DNA of 64,000 bases from Callorhinchus milii (lineage: Eukaryota), in assembly GCF_018977255.1 (NCBI RefSeq), contig NW_024704742.1, positions 46,440,001 to 46,504,000 of the forward strand, given 5' to 3'. The position numbers and the translations under genes were made by a program. This document shows positions 1-12,974 of this stretch, piece after piece; the stretch's first letter is position 1, and every line of letters starts with the position of its first letter. Below the pieces are notes generated by a model. That model was not told the origin of the DNA. It was given only the letters and a program-made list of their open reading frames with translations, and did no database searches.

Positions 1-510
1 TGGTGTGTCTGATCATGAAGATGGATTGGAAGAGACTAAGGAAAAGAAATCACAGCCCTGAAAAATATAAAGGCAGAGTTCATGGAGTAGAGCCTTCACA
101 GTATAGAAAATAGGCTGTCATAATAATCTTACATTTATAGGATTACTTGAAGGTTTTGAGAGGTCACAGAATCAGGTTTCTGGAAAGATTTCCACAGAAA
201 AGCATAATGCTTGTCTCCATCAATAGATGTGTTTGTTGAAATTGAAATACTGTATTTTTATTTAGGCCTATCTGTTCAATATTTTGTAAGAACTCATGAT
301 TTTTTATGTACTTATGGAGTTTGTAGGAGAAAATAATTGGAAATTCCTGACATCCATTGCAAACTGAGTGAAATACAGTTATTTCATATTGGCCAGACAA
401 TACAAATTACCATTGATGGATCGAGAGGGATTTCTACATTGAATGGGAACATTGATACCTCACCAGATTTGAGCAAGGAAATAGCAAACTTTGCTAAAAG
501 ACTAGGCAAT
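1..510 (+). mobile_element. Degenerate L1/Tx1-clade LINE ORF1 relic (runs off the window start)
   Basis: Broken translation gives IENRLS*-NNLTFIGLLEGFE, resembling the ORF1p LENRSRRNNLRIxGLPEGxE motif. Further on, NGNIDTSPDLSKEIA resembles the ORF1p C-terminal xFPDLSxE motif. Multiple stops and frameshifts. Confidence 0.6.
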
Positions 511-549
511 TGAAATATGATTTATATGTTTGCCCACAGATACACAATG

Positions 550-835
550 CAATACAATTTACATTTATGTACTGTCTTTTATGTCAGGAGGACATCTCAA
601 AATGCTTGTCAAAGCTGGATGCGCACTGATCTGGGAGCTAATAGGGTTGGGAATGGGAAAAGAGATCAAAAATGATGTCATAGGGGAAGTTTTTGAGAAA
701 TGGAGGGAGGGAGGGAGTTAGAAGGACTCTGGAATGGAGTTCTGGAGAGGGGAGGCAGATGGCTGAAAGCCCACCTGCTGATGGTGAGACATGAAGCAGG
801 CCAGCGTTCACTTAGCGAAGCGACTGGCTGATCGG
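550..835 (-). mobile_element. Degenerate L2 LINE 3' end
   Basis: ttacatttatgtactgtcttttatgtcaggaggacatctcaaa and tggaatggagttctggagagggg match the reverse complement of the L2 3' ends elsewhere in the window. Confidence 0.7.
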
Positions 836-1099
836 TGTGTGGTTACGACACTTCACAATAATATCATGTAAAACACTTTTGAGACATCACAACGACATGA
901 AAAGACGCTATATGAAATGCAACGATTGCTACGACTGTCAAATGTGAATTATCTGGATCTGAATGGTGGGGTGGGGGGATGGTGGTGGTGGGGGTGGCTG
1001 TCCACACACCCAGGTAATTCACAATGGACACTTAAGGAAGCCCTTAAATCAGACCCTACTTAAATCGTTTAGAATATTGTGTGGGAGTCTGTAATGGAA

Positions 1100-1540
1100 A
1101 TCAAGCCTTCTCCCTGACCTGCAATGTCCTTTTCATCCCCAGTTTTCTCTCTGCCAACAGCAGCTGTCTATGAGAAACTGATTGCAAAGTATATCTTTGA
1201 CTCTCAAGCTAAACTATCTGGAGACAGGCACCATCCTTTTCGAGGAAAATCTTTCCAACAACCTGATTGCCTGACCCCTTCAAAACCTTCAAGTAATCCT
1301 ATAAAAGTAAGATTATGACAGCTTATTTTTCACTACTCCGATGCCTGCATGCCAGGGAATCTGCCTTTATTTTTAAGACGTGGGAATTATTTTTCTTGCT
1401 TCCTCCAGCACGTTCTGATAATGATACCATGTGTTCTGCCACGTCAACCGCCTGAGCCGATGCAGAAGTCTTAGAAAATAGCCTCTTAATATCTGTACAA
1501 TTCTCTTTCCAAAATTGGTGTATGTTTGTCACCACTGAAA
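1100..1540 (-). mobile_element. Second L1/Tx1-type ORF1 relic, inverted relative to 1-510
   Basis: The minus strand reads aaaaataaaggcagattc...gctgtcataatcttacttttataggattacttgaaggttttga...aatcaggttgttggaaagattt, clearly homologous to + 61-190. ORF 1323-1535 looks like the coiled-coil region upstream of the ENR..NNL motif. Confidence 0.6.
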
Positions 1541-2642
1541 GGAATGTAGCATAATTTAGGCCAAAATATTATTCCCTTCGTTTTGACAGTAGAGTTCAGG
1601 ATTTGCAATTCAGAAAAGCGAGTTGAGATGTTACAGCAGCTTACTGTATTGATGCTTCAAGTCTGCAGTTTTGCAAAGGGCAGGAAGAAGGCAGTACCTC
1701 TTTGTAAAGTTTTAAACTGAAATGGCCATTCAGCTGGAATTGTAACATGATCCTTCTCAGAGCTCAGGATCACTTCAAATAAAATGACTGCTGGTCTGGA
1801 ACCAAATTCTGGTCTCATTACAAAGATTGTTTGCAGCTCAAATCCAGGACAAAGTTTTGCAGTCTAGGATTCACAGATTCACACATTTTCTTTGCAAATG
1901 CATACTAACCAGGATCACTTGTCATCCAATAGCCAGCAGCACTTAGCAATCCAAATTGATATACTTTGCCTGAGTACCAGCCAATGTATATTGTTTCTAT
2001 TGAACACATTTGAATTATTCAGTATCTGAGTTAAGAAAACTATAGGATAACATGTGCAATGGTCTTTAATGGGTTCTTTGTGCTAATTAAAACTACGTAT
2101 TATGTACCAATTTAAAAAAACCATAACACTATTCAAAACAATAAGGTAGTTTTTCCTGGTGACCTGACCAACCTCCCACAGTTAAAACTGGTCATTCACT
2201 TGATGGATAATTGCAGTACATTCCTGTGTGCAAATAGGCTATGGCATTCACCTACAATTGCACAGTTATTACACTTTACAGTAAATCCTGTGAAGTGCTC
2301 TGAGACATTCTCCCAATATGAAAACCTCTATTTAAAATGCAAAGGATGATGATTATTATAGCATGCGTTCAGCAACACTGCAGTTTTCACCACTTTATAT
2401 TTCTGAATGAATCAAAATAGAATGAAGCTTAGCCTTTACACGTATCTGGATTTTGGCAGATAATTTGAGTACACTGCATGAAATGCACATTTATATATTT
2501 CAGTTTATAGTCAGTGTTTCTGTTCATTTATAAGATGTGCACTTTTGATTGACAAAATTGGAATTTATCAATATTACACATATGTGACACTATTAAGTAG
2601 CTATGGTGCCTCTAACTTCTGAATGCTTTTTATTATAAAATT

Positions 2643-3410
2643 ATAGAATACATTAGAATACATTAGAATATACAGCATAGAAACAGGCCATTTGGCCCAA
2701 CTGGTCTATGCCAGTGTTTATGCTCCACATGAGCCTCCTGCCCTTTCCCTAACTGAGCCTTCAAGCATAACCTTCTATTCCTTTCTCCCTCATGTACCTA
2801 TCTATCTTTCCCTTCAATATATATATGCTATTTGCCTCAACAACTCCTTGTGGTAGCAAGTTCCTGATTCCCACTATTCTCTGTGTGAAGAAATTTCCTC
2901 TAACTTCTCTATTTGATCTAGTTGTCACTATTTTATATTGATGGCCCCTGGTTTTGGTCTTCCCCACAAGTGGAAACATCTTCCCTATGTCTGTCTAACC
3001 TATTAAAAGCTTGCATAATTTTAAAGACCTCTATCAGGTCACCCCTTACCCACCTCTTTTTCAGAGAAAAGAGTCCAAGCTTTTTCAGCCTTTCCTGATA
3101 GGTATAACCTCTCAGTTCTGGGATCACACTTGTGAATCTCTTTTGCACCCTCTCCGGTGCCTCAACATCTCTTCTATAATGTGGGGACCAGAACTGCCCA
3201 CAGTAATCTAAGTGTGGCTTAACCAACGTTCTATAGAAGTTTACCATAACTTCCCGGCTTTTCATTTCTATCCCTCTAGAAATGAACCCCAATGCCCGGT
3301 TTGCTTTTTTTTATTAATCTGGGTTGCTACTTTTAGTGAATTGTGTATGCATACTGCTAGGTCCCTTTGCTCCTCTACCCCATTTAGGTTTTTATTTTCC
3401 AGGATGTATG
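2643..3410 (-). mobile_element. CR1 LINE 3' fragment (RT C-terminus, 3' UTR and microsatellite tail)
   Basis: ORFs 2933-3292 (YRTLVKPHLDYCGQFWSPHYRRDVEAPERVQKRFT...RGDLIEVFKI) and 2761-2979 (TRGHQYK...FFTQRIV) are typical CR1 RT C-terminus. Tail is a short tandem repeat (tagaatacattagaatacattagaata on +). Confidence 0.95.
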
Positions 3411-4082
3411 TAATCTTTCGCAAACTGTGACCTTTAGAATGTCAATGTTAGATACAATGCAAAAGTTTAGTTAACTCTGAGATCATATTTTTCCCAGATG
3501 TTGAGATTATTTGCAGCTACAGGCACTTTATGTACATTATTCACTTGGTAGAATGCATTCAGTGGTGAAAAAACAATAATTTGTACAAATATGTTGATGA
3601 AATGTATTTGAAAGTGGAAGCAACGATATCTTGTATTACTTTAGGAAAATATGCATTAATGTTACTAATGATATCAAATCATTAGCACTGGAAAGTAAAA
3701 ACAGCATTTGCAATGTGTTTGCTTGGAGATTGTACTTGTATTTGGCAATGAAGCTTAAGTAATTATCAGTTTGAAGTATTTATTTTATCAGTGAATCTGT
3801 GTAGTTATTTATACAACATTTACAGCATAGAACAGCATGTGATGCATCCTTGTTATTTTCCATTCACAGGGTATGCAATCTTTTCCCACAGCTTTAAGTG
3901 TGACAACTTCATTGTCGTGACTGCCACTAAGTATTCTGGAATATCAACAACATTTCCCAAACTATAGCTCACTGCCAGTGCACAGCTGGTCCACAAAAAT
4001 GTATGCCTTAGTTCCACTACACTTTTAGCGTTGATTCACTGCAGTTTTCTATCAAAGTAACACTAAAAACTCTAGAATGGCA

Positions 4083-4445
4083 GGACAGCCCCGATGGTGT
4101 AGTGGATAAAGCTGCAGTTTACGGACCATAATCTTGCTGTTTCCAATCGTGGTCCATGCTGAGCTAGGTGGTCTCTGCTGGAGCTACGTACGAGGCTAAA
4201 TTAGCTCTGGGGTTAGGGAGCGAAAATCCCCTACCATGGTTCATGCTCCTGGTCCTTGTACTCTCTGCACGTGTGTGGCAGGTGAGTGGGGAGAGGTTAG
4301 ACTTGTCTGTGACGTTTTTTACCTTTGAGTAACCTGCTGACACTCACTGCCAAGATTCCCACAAGAACATTAGCCACTTGATCAGATTATCAGAGGGCAA
4401 CCTTGCTCTTGCAGTATAATTGGGGCATTTTATTCAGCAAAGGTG
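4083..4445 (+). mobile_element. Old SINE-like repeat of a third family (tentatively AmnSINE2-like)
   Basis: A-box-like head (gatggtgtagtgg), then ggtccatgctgagctaggtggtctctgctgg...ggggttagggagcgaaaat...cctgctgacactcactgcc, which I recall as a shark SINE body. A possible minus-strand fragment lies near 62505-62580. Family assignment is from memory. Confidence 0.45.
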
Positions 4446-4483
4446 CAAACAAAAGAAAGCTTAATTCAAGTGCTGCCTTTTGT

Positions 4484-4670
4484 TTTGGTCAGCTGAATGT
4501 CTGAAACATATGGAAATCCATTACCACACTTATGAGTATCCAAACTAGACTGAGTTCCAAATATGAATCCCACCTCCACATGGAAATTTCCGTGTGTCTG
4601 GAATGGCATGTATACTCTCTCCTTTGAGAGGGTGTCCTCCATAATTCCAGAGAGTCCCAGATTAACAAGA
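4484..4670 (-). repeat. Dispersed repeat family X, copy 1 (putative RTE-like LINE 3' UTR)
   Basis: ggtcagctgaatgtctgaaacatatggaaatccattaccacactta...gtctggaatgg is homologous to 30980-31215, 33440-33725, 36905-37062 and 38922-39140. Confidence 0.8.
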
Positions 4671-5539
4671 GCCATATAAATATAGCAAAGAGAATGATTA
4701 GTTGCAATATACTTTTTTAACTGTTTGTGATTGGAAAATTGGCTGCCGTGCTCATCCAAAAAAAAAACACACAGTGACTCCAATTTATAATAGACCCTGT
4801 GAAGTATTTTGGGATGTCCTCCAAATGTGAATGACCTGTACCAAATGCTAGGATCATGATTAGTATTATTTGGTTTTAAAATATAAAATTTGCTGAGCTG
4901 GGTAATACTGAAAGATAAAGTAACTAGGAGGGCTTCCTAAATCTCCCAGTGCCAGGGATCCAGATTAATCTACTGCCCTTAAGCACAGTGCTTTGACATT
5001 TTAACCTTTAGCCTGCTTTTATTATTCACACACATGACATTGTCAGCTGCATTTAAATTAAATTGTAATGTTGCTTTAATTTAATGAAGTCTTGTTATAT
5101 TGTTATGTCACCACATTAAGGTTTCTTCAGATGAATGTGGTTTATAAATACATCTTTTTGTTTTTGTTTCCAAATTGTGAACTTCGCTTATTATCGATCT
5201 TTTAATCACATATATTGAGTGTCAGTGCAGATAGACAAGTTTCAGAAAACTGACTTCCAATCATCCTTTCCCCTTCCCATCACTTCTATTGGTCAGCTTC
5301 ATATTTGTACCAACAACAAATTACATTTGTATAGCGCCTTTCATGTCAGGAGGACATCCCAAGGTTAAAATCTTCCAGTAAGCACATCTGAGCTGGTGCT
5401 ATCTTGAGGTAGGAGAGCATTATATTTTGTGCTCTTGTGTGCAGTAATATGGGGTTTGGCACTGGGCTCACCTTGTCCTGCGAAGACAGCAGTAATGAGA
5501 AAAAAAATTGCACCCTCTCAGCAATCCATCTTCAGGATT

Positions 5540-6180
5540 GTTAGCACTTAAGGAAACTCCCTTCTCAAATAGCGACACCAGGTCTTTAATGGCCAGTTGA
5601 GCACAGAGGAACCTTGGTTTAATACGTCATCTACAACAACAACAACAAGATTTCATTTATAGAGCGCCATTCACGTCGGGAGGACGTCCCAAGGCGCTGG
5701 ACAGTTGGGACAGGACCTGAGCAGGGGGGAAATGGTCAGAGTGAGGGGAGGGAAGGGAAGGAGCGAGGAGGGGGTAGAGAGTCGAGAGGGGAGTTGAAGG
5801 CATGGTCAAAGAGAAAGGTCTTGAGACCGGCCTTGAAGGAGGAAAGGGAGGAGGCGGCGAAGGCACTGGGGGCTGGAGTTCCAGAGCCTAGGGGCTGAGA
5901 GGCTGAAGGCCCGGCCACCGATGGTAGGGCGGTCTGGGCAGGGTATGTGGAGCAGACCGGAGCCAGAGGAACGGAGGATACGGGCAGGTAGGTAGGGGGA
6001 TAGTAGGTCGGAGAGGTAGGAGGGAGCAAGGCCATGAATGGCCTTGTAGGTGAGGATGAGGATCTAAAAAGCAGCATCTCAGAATAATGTAGCATACAGA
6101 ATAATAATGCTAGCCTACCTTATCAGGTCAAATCCCAACATAGATCTGACACAAAGGTGAAACTGAGCCAAGCTGATACT
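5540..6180 (-). mobile_element. DeuSINE interrupted by an L2 insertion (5634-6065)
   Basis: Deu-domain sequence (ggtctttaatggccagttga...accttggtttaatacgtcatct) stops at the L2 tail. It resumes after 6065 and ends in the SINE head (actgagccaagctgatac). Confidence 0.7.
5634..6065 (-). mobile_element. Young 5'-truncated L2 LINE
   Basis: (CAA)n tail, 3' end atttatagagcgccattcacgtcgggaggacgtcccaaggcgc, and RT C-terminal FKAGLKTFLFDHAF in ORF 5736-6095. CpGs are retained. Confidence 0.93.
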
Positions 6181-6552
6181 TATGTTAGTACTAATGCACA
6201 CATTTAGTTACTGCTTGCAATGCTATACTGCTCTGAGACAACTGAAGTAGTTTTGTTACACGTACTGTGGGGTGCTTGTGCACATTGTTTGTTCATAGAT
6301 ATATTCTTGCAACACGTTGTAACAGAGGCGACATCATCCGCAGGGCTCCACTCTATTTCCTTAGAATGTTAAGTGCACTAGTGATTGAGACATGGAGGTT
6401 GGGTGTTTGCTAACTCCACCACCAATTCCTCTATTTCACAATATGATCATGGGATACTCATAGTATCTTATTACCATTGCTTTGAAATGTTGTTCAATAG
6501 GATTTACTTCCAATCGTATCAGGAAGAGAAATCTCAAGTCCTTCAAGTATTT

Positions 6553-6928
6553 AATAATAATAATCCTTGCATTTGCTATAGTGCCTTATCACGTCTTCGA
6601 GACGTCTCAAAGCCCTTCACGGAATATACTGTAAAGTGAATTGGCTGTATGTTTTGTGAATGAAATGCTGCAACCAATTGCGCACAACAGTGTCCCACAA
6701 ACAGTCGTGGATTGAAGTGACCAATTCATTATTATTATTTTTTGAAGCAATTATAATCCTCAGAAAAGTGATCCACCAATCGACTAACAACTGGGTTCCT
6801 ACTTATTGCTAGGTAAACAGAGGCGTGTGGAGTAAGGAAACTTGCCCAACATTTCTCACTGCCAGAAATCGAACCCAGGTCTCTCATTTGCAAGAAGAGT
6901 GCTCTAACCACTGAGCTCCAGGACTACA
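6553..6928 (-). mobile_element. tRNA-derived SINE family B, full-length form (tRNA head, Meta-like core, Deu-SINE/L2-type tail)
   Basis: Minus strand: gtagtcctggagctcagtggttagagcac...gggttcgatt (A and B boxes), then gggcaagtttccttactccacacgcctctgtttacctagcaataagtaggaacc, the shared 3' region and a (TTA)n tail. Confidence 0.88.
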
Positions 6929-6959
6929 GGACATGTAGTATGCATGGAAATATAAACTT

Positions 6960-7230
6960 GAAGGTGGTAAAAGTTTTAAAAGCATTCAATCATTTGCCTA
7001 GAGGATGGTGCAAATGTGGAAATCACTGTCAGAAGCAATGGTTGAAGCAGAAAGAAACAATGCATTCAAGACAAAACTCGCTGAATACACAAGGGAAGAT
7101 GGAAATGAGGAGTATCAGAAGGGGTTAGGAAGAGGGGAATAGGAGGTGTGAAGGCTCATGTAGAGTATAAACAGTAGACTAGTTGGGCAAAATTACCATT
7201 TTTTTACATTTTACGTAATTATATGTGAGT
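6960..7230 (+). mobile_element. Degenerate CR1 3' end
   Basis: atgtggaaatcactgtcagaagcaatggttgaagcagaaa...gcattcaagacaaaactc and the 3' UTR gactagttgggcaaaatt match CR1. Confidence 0.75.
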
Positions 7231-8379
7231 GATATTTCTGGCGGACCAAGGGTTAATAAGCTCATGATCTAGAGATTAATGTGTTTTGTCTCGCTCATGA
7301 GTTGGTTTAGCTGCGGGTACCTGAGTGCAGGTAATTAATGGCAACAGGAAAGCTCCCAGGAGGACACTGAATGAACCTCCCCTAATGAGTTTTAATTGCT
7401 TTAGGGCAACGTGCTTCAATGTTCATGGAAATGGTTCTGCGTCTGATGGTAGCCATGGTAATGGAACTTTTACAAAACTAACAGTGAAGGATGTAACTTG
7501 CGGTGATGCTGTCTCTGGCATTTCCTGATTGACAGATGAGACCGAAGGGAAACAATCTCCATCTTCTAACCCAACCTTCTGGGATAGAGAGCAGCAATGG
7601 TATAATTGCATATGAATTTAAAAATCTCTTTTGCCAAGTATTTCATCAGGGTACGAAGTTTGGTGCGGGTGAGAATGCAGGCAGCGGAGTTTTGAATGAG
7701 CTGAATTTTGTGAGTAGTAGAGGAGGGAGACTGGTGAGCAGGGCGTTAGTGTAGTCCAGCCGAGAGGTGACAATTATAATGTTATGTCAGACATAGTCGT
7801 GTCTCTACTACAACACCATTTACATAGCGCCTCTCATTTTTAGGAGGACATCCCAAGGTGTGATGAACATCTTTACAAACAGAATCCTACACTTTGTAAT
7901 TTGTGTGAAAAAAATGGTTTTCTTATATTTGAAACAGTTTTTATTTATATTTTCATGCATGTCTTGGACTGCATTTAAATCTGATAGTGAAGGGGAGATA
8001 AGGGTAATACAATGTGAAAGTTCAGCCATTTGATAGAAGCTTCTCTTGTGCTGGACTGGTCAGAGAGAGTGGGAGAGAGAGAGATATCTATAAATATAGA
8101 TATATATAGGTCAATATACACAAATTGATAAAAAATTATTTTAAGAAATGGTCATTCACTTCTCCGCTGTTTGTGTGACATTGTGCACAAATTGGTTGCC
8201 ATGTTCACCTACAAATACAATCACTACACTTTACAGTAACTACCTCCATATTCTTTGAAAAGTCTCCATGCACAATACAGAGCTATATCAAAATCCGGCA
8301 GTGTAGGGTAAATATAGTGTATATTCTGCTATCCTTCAGCTAACTTGTCCTATCTTCCCTCCCAGCCTCTGGCACCTAA

Positions 8380-9011
8380 GCCATGACCACAAAGCCCCCG
8401 CCCCGCGCTGTCTCCTGTAACCCGCAGGCTGATGCTGCCCTGCTGATCGCTTGCTCCCGCTCTCTTTGAGCGTGTTTTGGCTGCTGCCCCGACTCAAGCC
8501 TCTCCCTCTGAAAATGTTCCTGCTCCCATCCCACGCATTCCACTACTCCCACTCTATCCTTCTCTCTCACCACCCTTTTGCCTTCTCTCTCTCTCCTGGA
8601 CCCCACCATTCCTCCCTCTGCTCTAGTTTGGGCATCCTCCGCCAGGCCCATCATGGCTCCCAGCGTTGGTTGTCCCAGAGCAGCTACCCCAACTGTCCCA
8701 TAGCTCACTCTCTCCGCACCAACCACCTCTGAAAGGCAAACACCCCTGGCCTCCTACTCGTCCCTCACATCCTCTGCCTGACCGTTGGAGGATCTGCTTT
8801 CAGCCACTGTGCCCCAAAACTCTGGAATACTCTCCTTCAATCCCTCTGTCTTGCCCCCTCTCCCCTCTTTCAAGTCTCGCCTGAAAACTTTCCTGTTCGA
8901 TCGTGCTTACAGGGCACCTCCCCACTCCCTCTGTCAGGCTCTGAGCTCTGTCAAGTGCTCTGAGATGCTGCCTTGCATGGAGGACGCTATATAAGTGCAA
9001 GTTGTTGTTGT
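8380..9011 (+). mobile_element. L2 derivative: putative 5' region fused directly to the 3' end
   Basis: 8700-9011 is the L2 3' end (LLLVP...FKSRLKTFLFDRAY, gttgttgtt tail). 8451-8700 encodes HYSHSILLS...LGILRQAHHGSQR, resembling the N-terminal segment of fish L2 ORFs. Confidence 0.65.
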
Positions 9012-9934
9012 ATATCAAATGCAACGTTTTTATTAAACAAAAATGCACTTTTTGAACAAGTTCTCATTCAGTACAAAGTTTATTTGGTGGGTAACTTTTT
9101 TTAAAAAATTATATACAGTATATATATTATCAATTAAAGTAATTTGAAACCACAAACTTTTAGAAAATAGATTAAAATAGATTTATTGTACTTTTGAATA
9201 CTCTGTTGGTAAACTCACTGCCTTGTGTAAAACTAAACCCCACAGAGCATTAAGAAGGTTTTAGGTTCAAAATCTAACTTAAGCTGAATCAACTAGATGA
9301 TACCAATTAGAGCAGCAGTGGGACATTTCAGCGGTCCAGATAAAGGATGGAAAATTAGTCAGCATTGGCCTCCTCCTGATCACTGTCACTGAACAGTGAT
9401 CTGACTGGAAAATGTAGCTATGAGATGAGAATAAGTGCAGGCTTGTGACCATGATTCTCTTGCGCTCCTCCACCTGCCTACAATGGAACCACAGTTGTTT
9501 GTATTGAGAAAATCTGTGTTATACAGTATGTAGTAACAATAAAGGCACCAAAGTTGCACAGCTTTTTTAGATGTTTCATTAATGGTATTTCTGATACTCT
9601 CCTTTTTTTGAGAGAATTATAGATTAGAATTGTATTCCCTATTAAATCATAAATGAATGTTATGATTAATTTCTGGTGATCAAAAAAAATTATGCATTTA
9701 CCATCTAGATACATTAATATAATGTAGAAAATTATGTTCAACTCAAATGGGATTGAAAAGACAGAAATTTTTAGATAATTAGGACTCAATGTGAAAACGA
9801 AGGACCTCTAAAGGGGTAAAACTATTCCTGTGGCTAAATATAGCATCTTAACAATGTGCTTCTAATGATAATAATATTAATCTTTTCATTTGATAGAGCG
9901 TCTTATCACATCAAACCGTCTCAAAGCACTTCAC

Positions 9935-10290
9935 AAGGAATAATGATAATAATAATGCTTTGATAGAATATCTTTTATGTCATGAGGACATCTCAAACCA
10001 CTCACAGCATTTACTGTAAGTTAGTGACTCTACAGTTCTGAGACCAATGTGACAGCCAATTTTGTGCACATCAAAGTCCTACAAACAGCCATGAAGCAAA
10101 TCAGTATTTTTTTGTCTGAGGGATTGTTAGGCAGGACACCAAGAGAAACTTCCTTCGCTTTTCGATTATGATCCTGAGTTCTTTAGCATCCACCTGAATA
10201 GACAGAAGGACTTTGGGTGAAGGTGGCACATCTGACAATGCAGTGCTGCCCTCAGTCCAGACTTTGTGAGTTCAAAGTCCTGAAGTGTAA
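9935..10290 (-). mobile_element. DeuSINE (SacSINE1-like), partial
   Basis: (AAT)n tail, gacatctcaaaccac, cagccaattttgtgcaca, catccacctgaatagacag, tctgacaatgcagt. Confidence 0.8.
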
Positions 10291-10384
10291 AATTCCATTA
10301 CAAATCATTATATTGTAGCAGGATTCGGCGTAGTCGAAAGATAGTGATAATGCCCACCAGCCATTATTAAGTTCAACAATAACA

Positions 10385-10682
10385 GGAGTTGGGAAGGCCG
10401 ACAAGCAGGGCATTTGCATAGTCGAGCCTGGAGGTGATGAAGGCATGAACAAGAGTTTCAGCGGCCTGAGGGGTGAGGTAGTTGGGTGATATTACGGAGG
10501 TGAGTGAAGACAGAATGGGTCATGGCTTGAATGTGGGGAAGAAAAGACAGTTGAGGGTCGAACAAGACACTTAGGTTCCTGACTGGCTTGGTGAGATGTA
10601 GTGTGCAACCATGGAGGTTGATGCTGCCAGAGCCTGAGGTGCTGAGGCGCTCACGCGAGCCAATCAGGAGGGCCTCAGCCTC
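10385..10682 (-). mobile_element. L2 internal RT fragment
   Basis: Near-identical to the reverse complement of 56195-56495 (ggagttgggaaggccgacaagcagg...gagccaatcaggagggcctc). Confidence 0.92.
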
Positions 10683-12974
10683 AATAAAAACATAAATAAA
10701 ACGATAAACTGAACATGTGGTGCAACTCTCGCTAAGGATGTCAGTCAGTCTCCTAACAGAAGCTCAGGTTAGGCCTGAAACCGTGCCCATTTCATGAAGT
10801 GGCAAATTTTTGCACCCCAGAATCAAACAAATCCTCTTCAGCCTGAAGGTTCCGCAGACTTAATCCAGGCTAGAGAGAGAAGCCTCCAAGTCCCCGAAGG
10901 TGAACAACAACAAAAAGTTAAATATACAGTCAATTCACTTTACATTATGTTCTGTGAAGTGCTTTAAGACGTCTAGAAGATATGAAAAGCGCAATATCAA
11001 ATGCAAGGATTATTATTTATTATTAAGTTGCATTTATATAGCACCCTCACAGCCTTGGGGCCAGCTCTGTAGTTGTTATGATCAAGCATTTGAAGGTCAT
11101 CCTGACTATAGGTGCTGTCACAGTTGATTCCCACCCTCTCTCCCCCTTTGCAGCCATACTCGCTGCTGCATTGTAGTATTGTCAAAGTCACCCTATTTAA
11201 TGGCAAGATGAATTTCATCCCCTGTATGTCACACATTTGTTCATTAGAAATAGGCAGACAAAACTAATTATATGATACAGTCTTGAACACAATTAGACAT
11301 AAATGTGCATATTACAAATGATGTATCCATCTTTCAAGTGAACTAATAAACTGATGTCCTTTCCACATAGCAGTTAATTTTATATGACTGATGATCTCTT
11401 TGTTAGAGTCAGTGGCTCCGCGTGAGCAAAAGAAATTGCTGATATTCATACAAGATATTTATTCAAAATTGCTATTAATTTCAACCTCTTTAAAATGCTG
11501 CATCAAGTTTTGTATTTTTGTAATTTGGAACAATGCAAACGTGTCATGAAACTTTACCCCCGAATATTATTACTTTCTTTTGCACTATTAACAAATTGGC
11601 CTTCTACAAGACCACTGTAGCTTGCTCTATATCACCAGCCAACCTCTTACCTTCATCGTTAGCACTCTTATGCAAATATTTATCACAATATTTATTCAGC
11701 TTTGTACTTTTTTCTTGGTGGATGAAATGGAATGGACAAAGCTGTAAATTGGGCCATTTTTTATGCTATACCGTCACCAAATTGGTCCCAGCATGAAACC
11801 TATCCTGATGATGAATTTACTTTATGCAGAGAATGAATCACAGTACAGAAATTGCATCAATTCTACAAGCAGTCAGAGAATAGCAATTGGGTCCATTCCA
11901 AACTCCAATTGCCAGTATAAACGGATAATTGAGAAATTTGTCAGTAAACTGAATGATATTAATGATTGACTTTCAAGAAAAGGATTACTGTCCTGTTTTT
12001 TCTTGCCATTACCTCTTCTTGAGCTCCACATTGATTTTTCATTCTTGAGGTTTCAAAGGTCCATAATGAGGAATATATTCTCTGGAAGGCAAGTAATCTT
12101 GGTGGCAAACTCAATCTCAGTTAAACTATTTGCAGAAGTTTTTAACTTCAGTAGGTTTGATTGGGACTGAGGAAACTGGAGACATATTTTTTCTGAACAG
12201 AAGGGAGCCTTTTGGGCCATTGTGTCTGAGTCACTGTTATCTGTTTTTCTAAATCATTAATCCCACTTTCCAGTCTCTCCCCATATCTATCGATGTGTTT
12301 GCTGTAAAGATTCTTTTATAGTCCCCTTTGAAAGATTCTGTTTAACCAACCACAGTAGATACTGTGGTGAATAAATTCCAAGCCCTAACAAGCCCTTTGA
12401 GTGAAGAAATGTCTTCCAACCTCTCCCCTATTATTTCTGCAAACATTTCTGCAACTATGCCTTCCTGCAATGTATTCCCTAACTGAAAGAAATTGTTAGA
12501 TATTATCTGATCCACGTACTATAGATATATATATCAGAATATCTATATGGCTTTCCTTATACTGGCCTTGCTAAAATCACATTGCCTTTGATTTTACAAA
12601 GAAAGGAAACTATTGTGGCTACTTGTATTCCTCTGGGGGCAATAGAACAGAGCTCAACAAAAACAAACTCAAATACACACAAAATCATGCATGGACTATG
12701 ATTTATGATGTTTCCAGCATCTCCCCTATATATATAACTGAGTGATAGGAGCCGACAGCTCTTTTCAATCAGAGGAAAATGGAATGGTAGGACGACAATC
12801 AGTGTGGATTTTGAAGTCTCTTAGCCAGTAAATATATAGCCCTGTATTAGCAATTGCAGCACAAAAAACAGCACAAAACAATCCAGAAATGCTGGATTGC
12901 TGAAAGTTCCATCCATTGGATGAGATGCCAAACCAAAGTCTTGTCTGCATGTTCAGGTGGATGTTAGAGAACAA

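Noticed and set aside
9279..9478. Minus-strand open frame after ttccattgtag (QVEERKRIMV...)
   Set aside because: Several competing AGs, no recognisable peptide and no supporting neighbouring exons.
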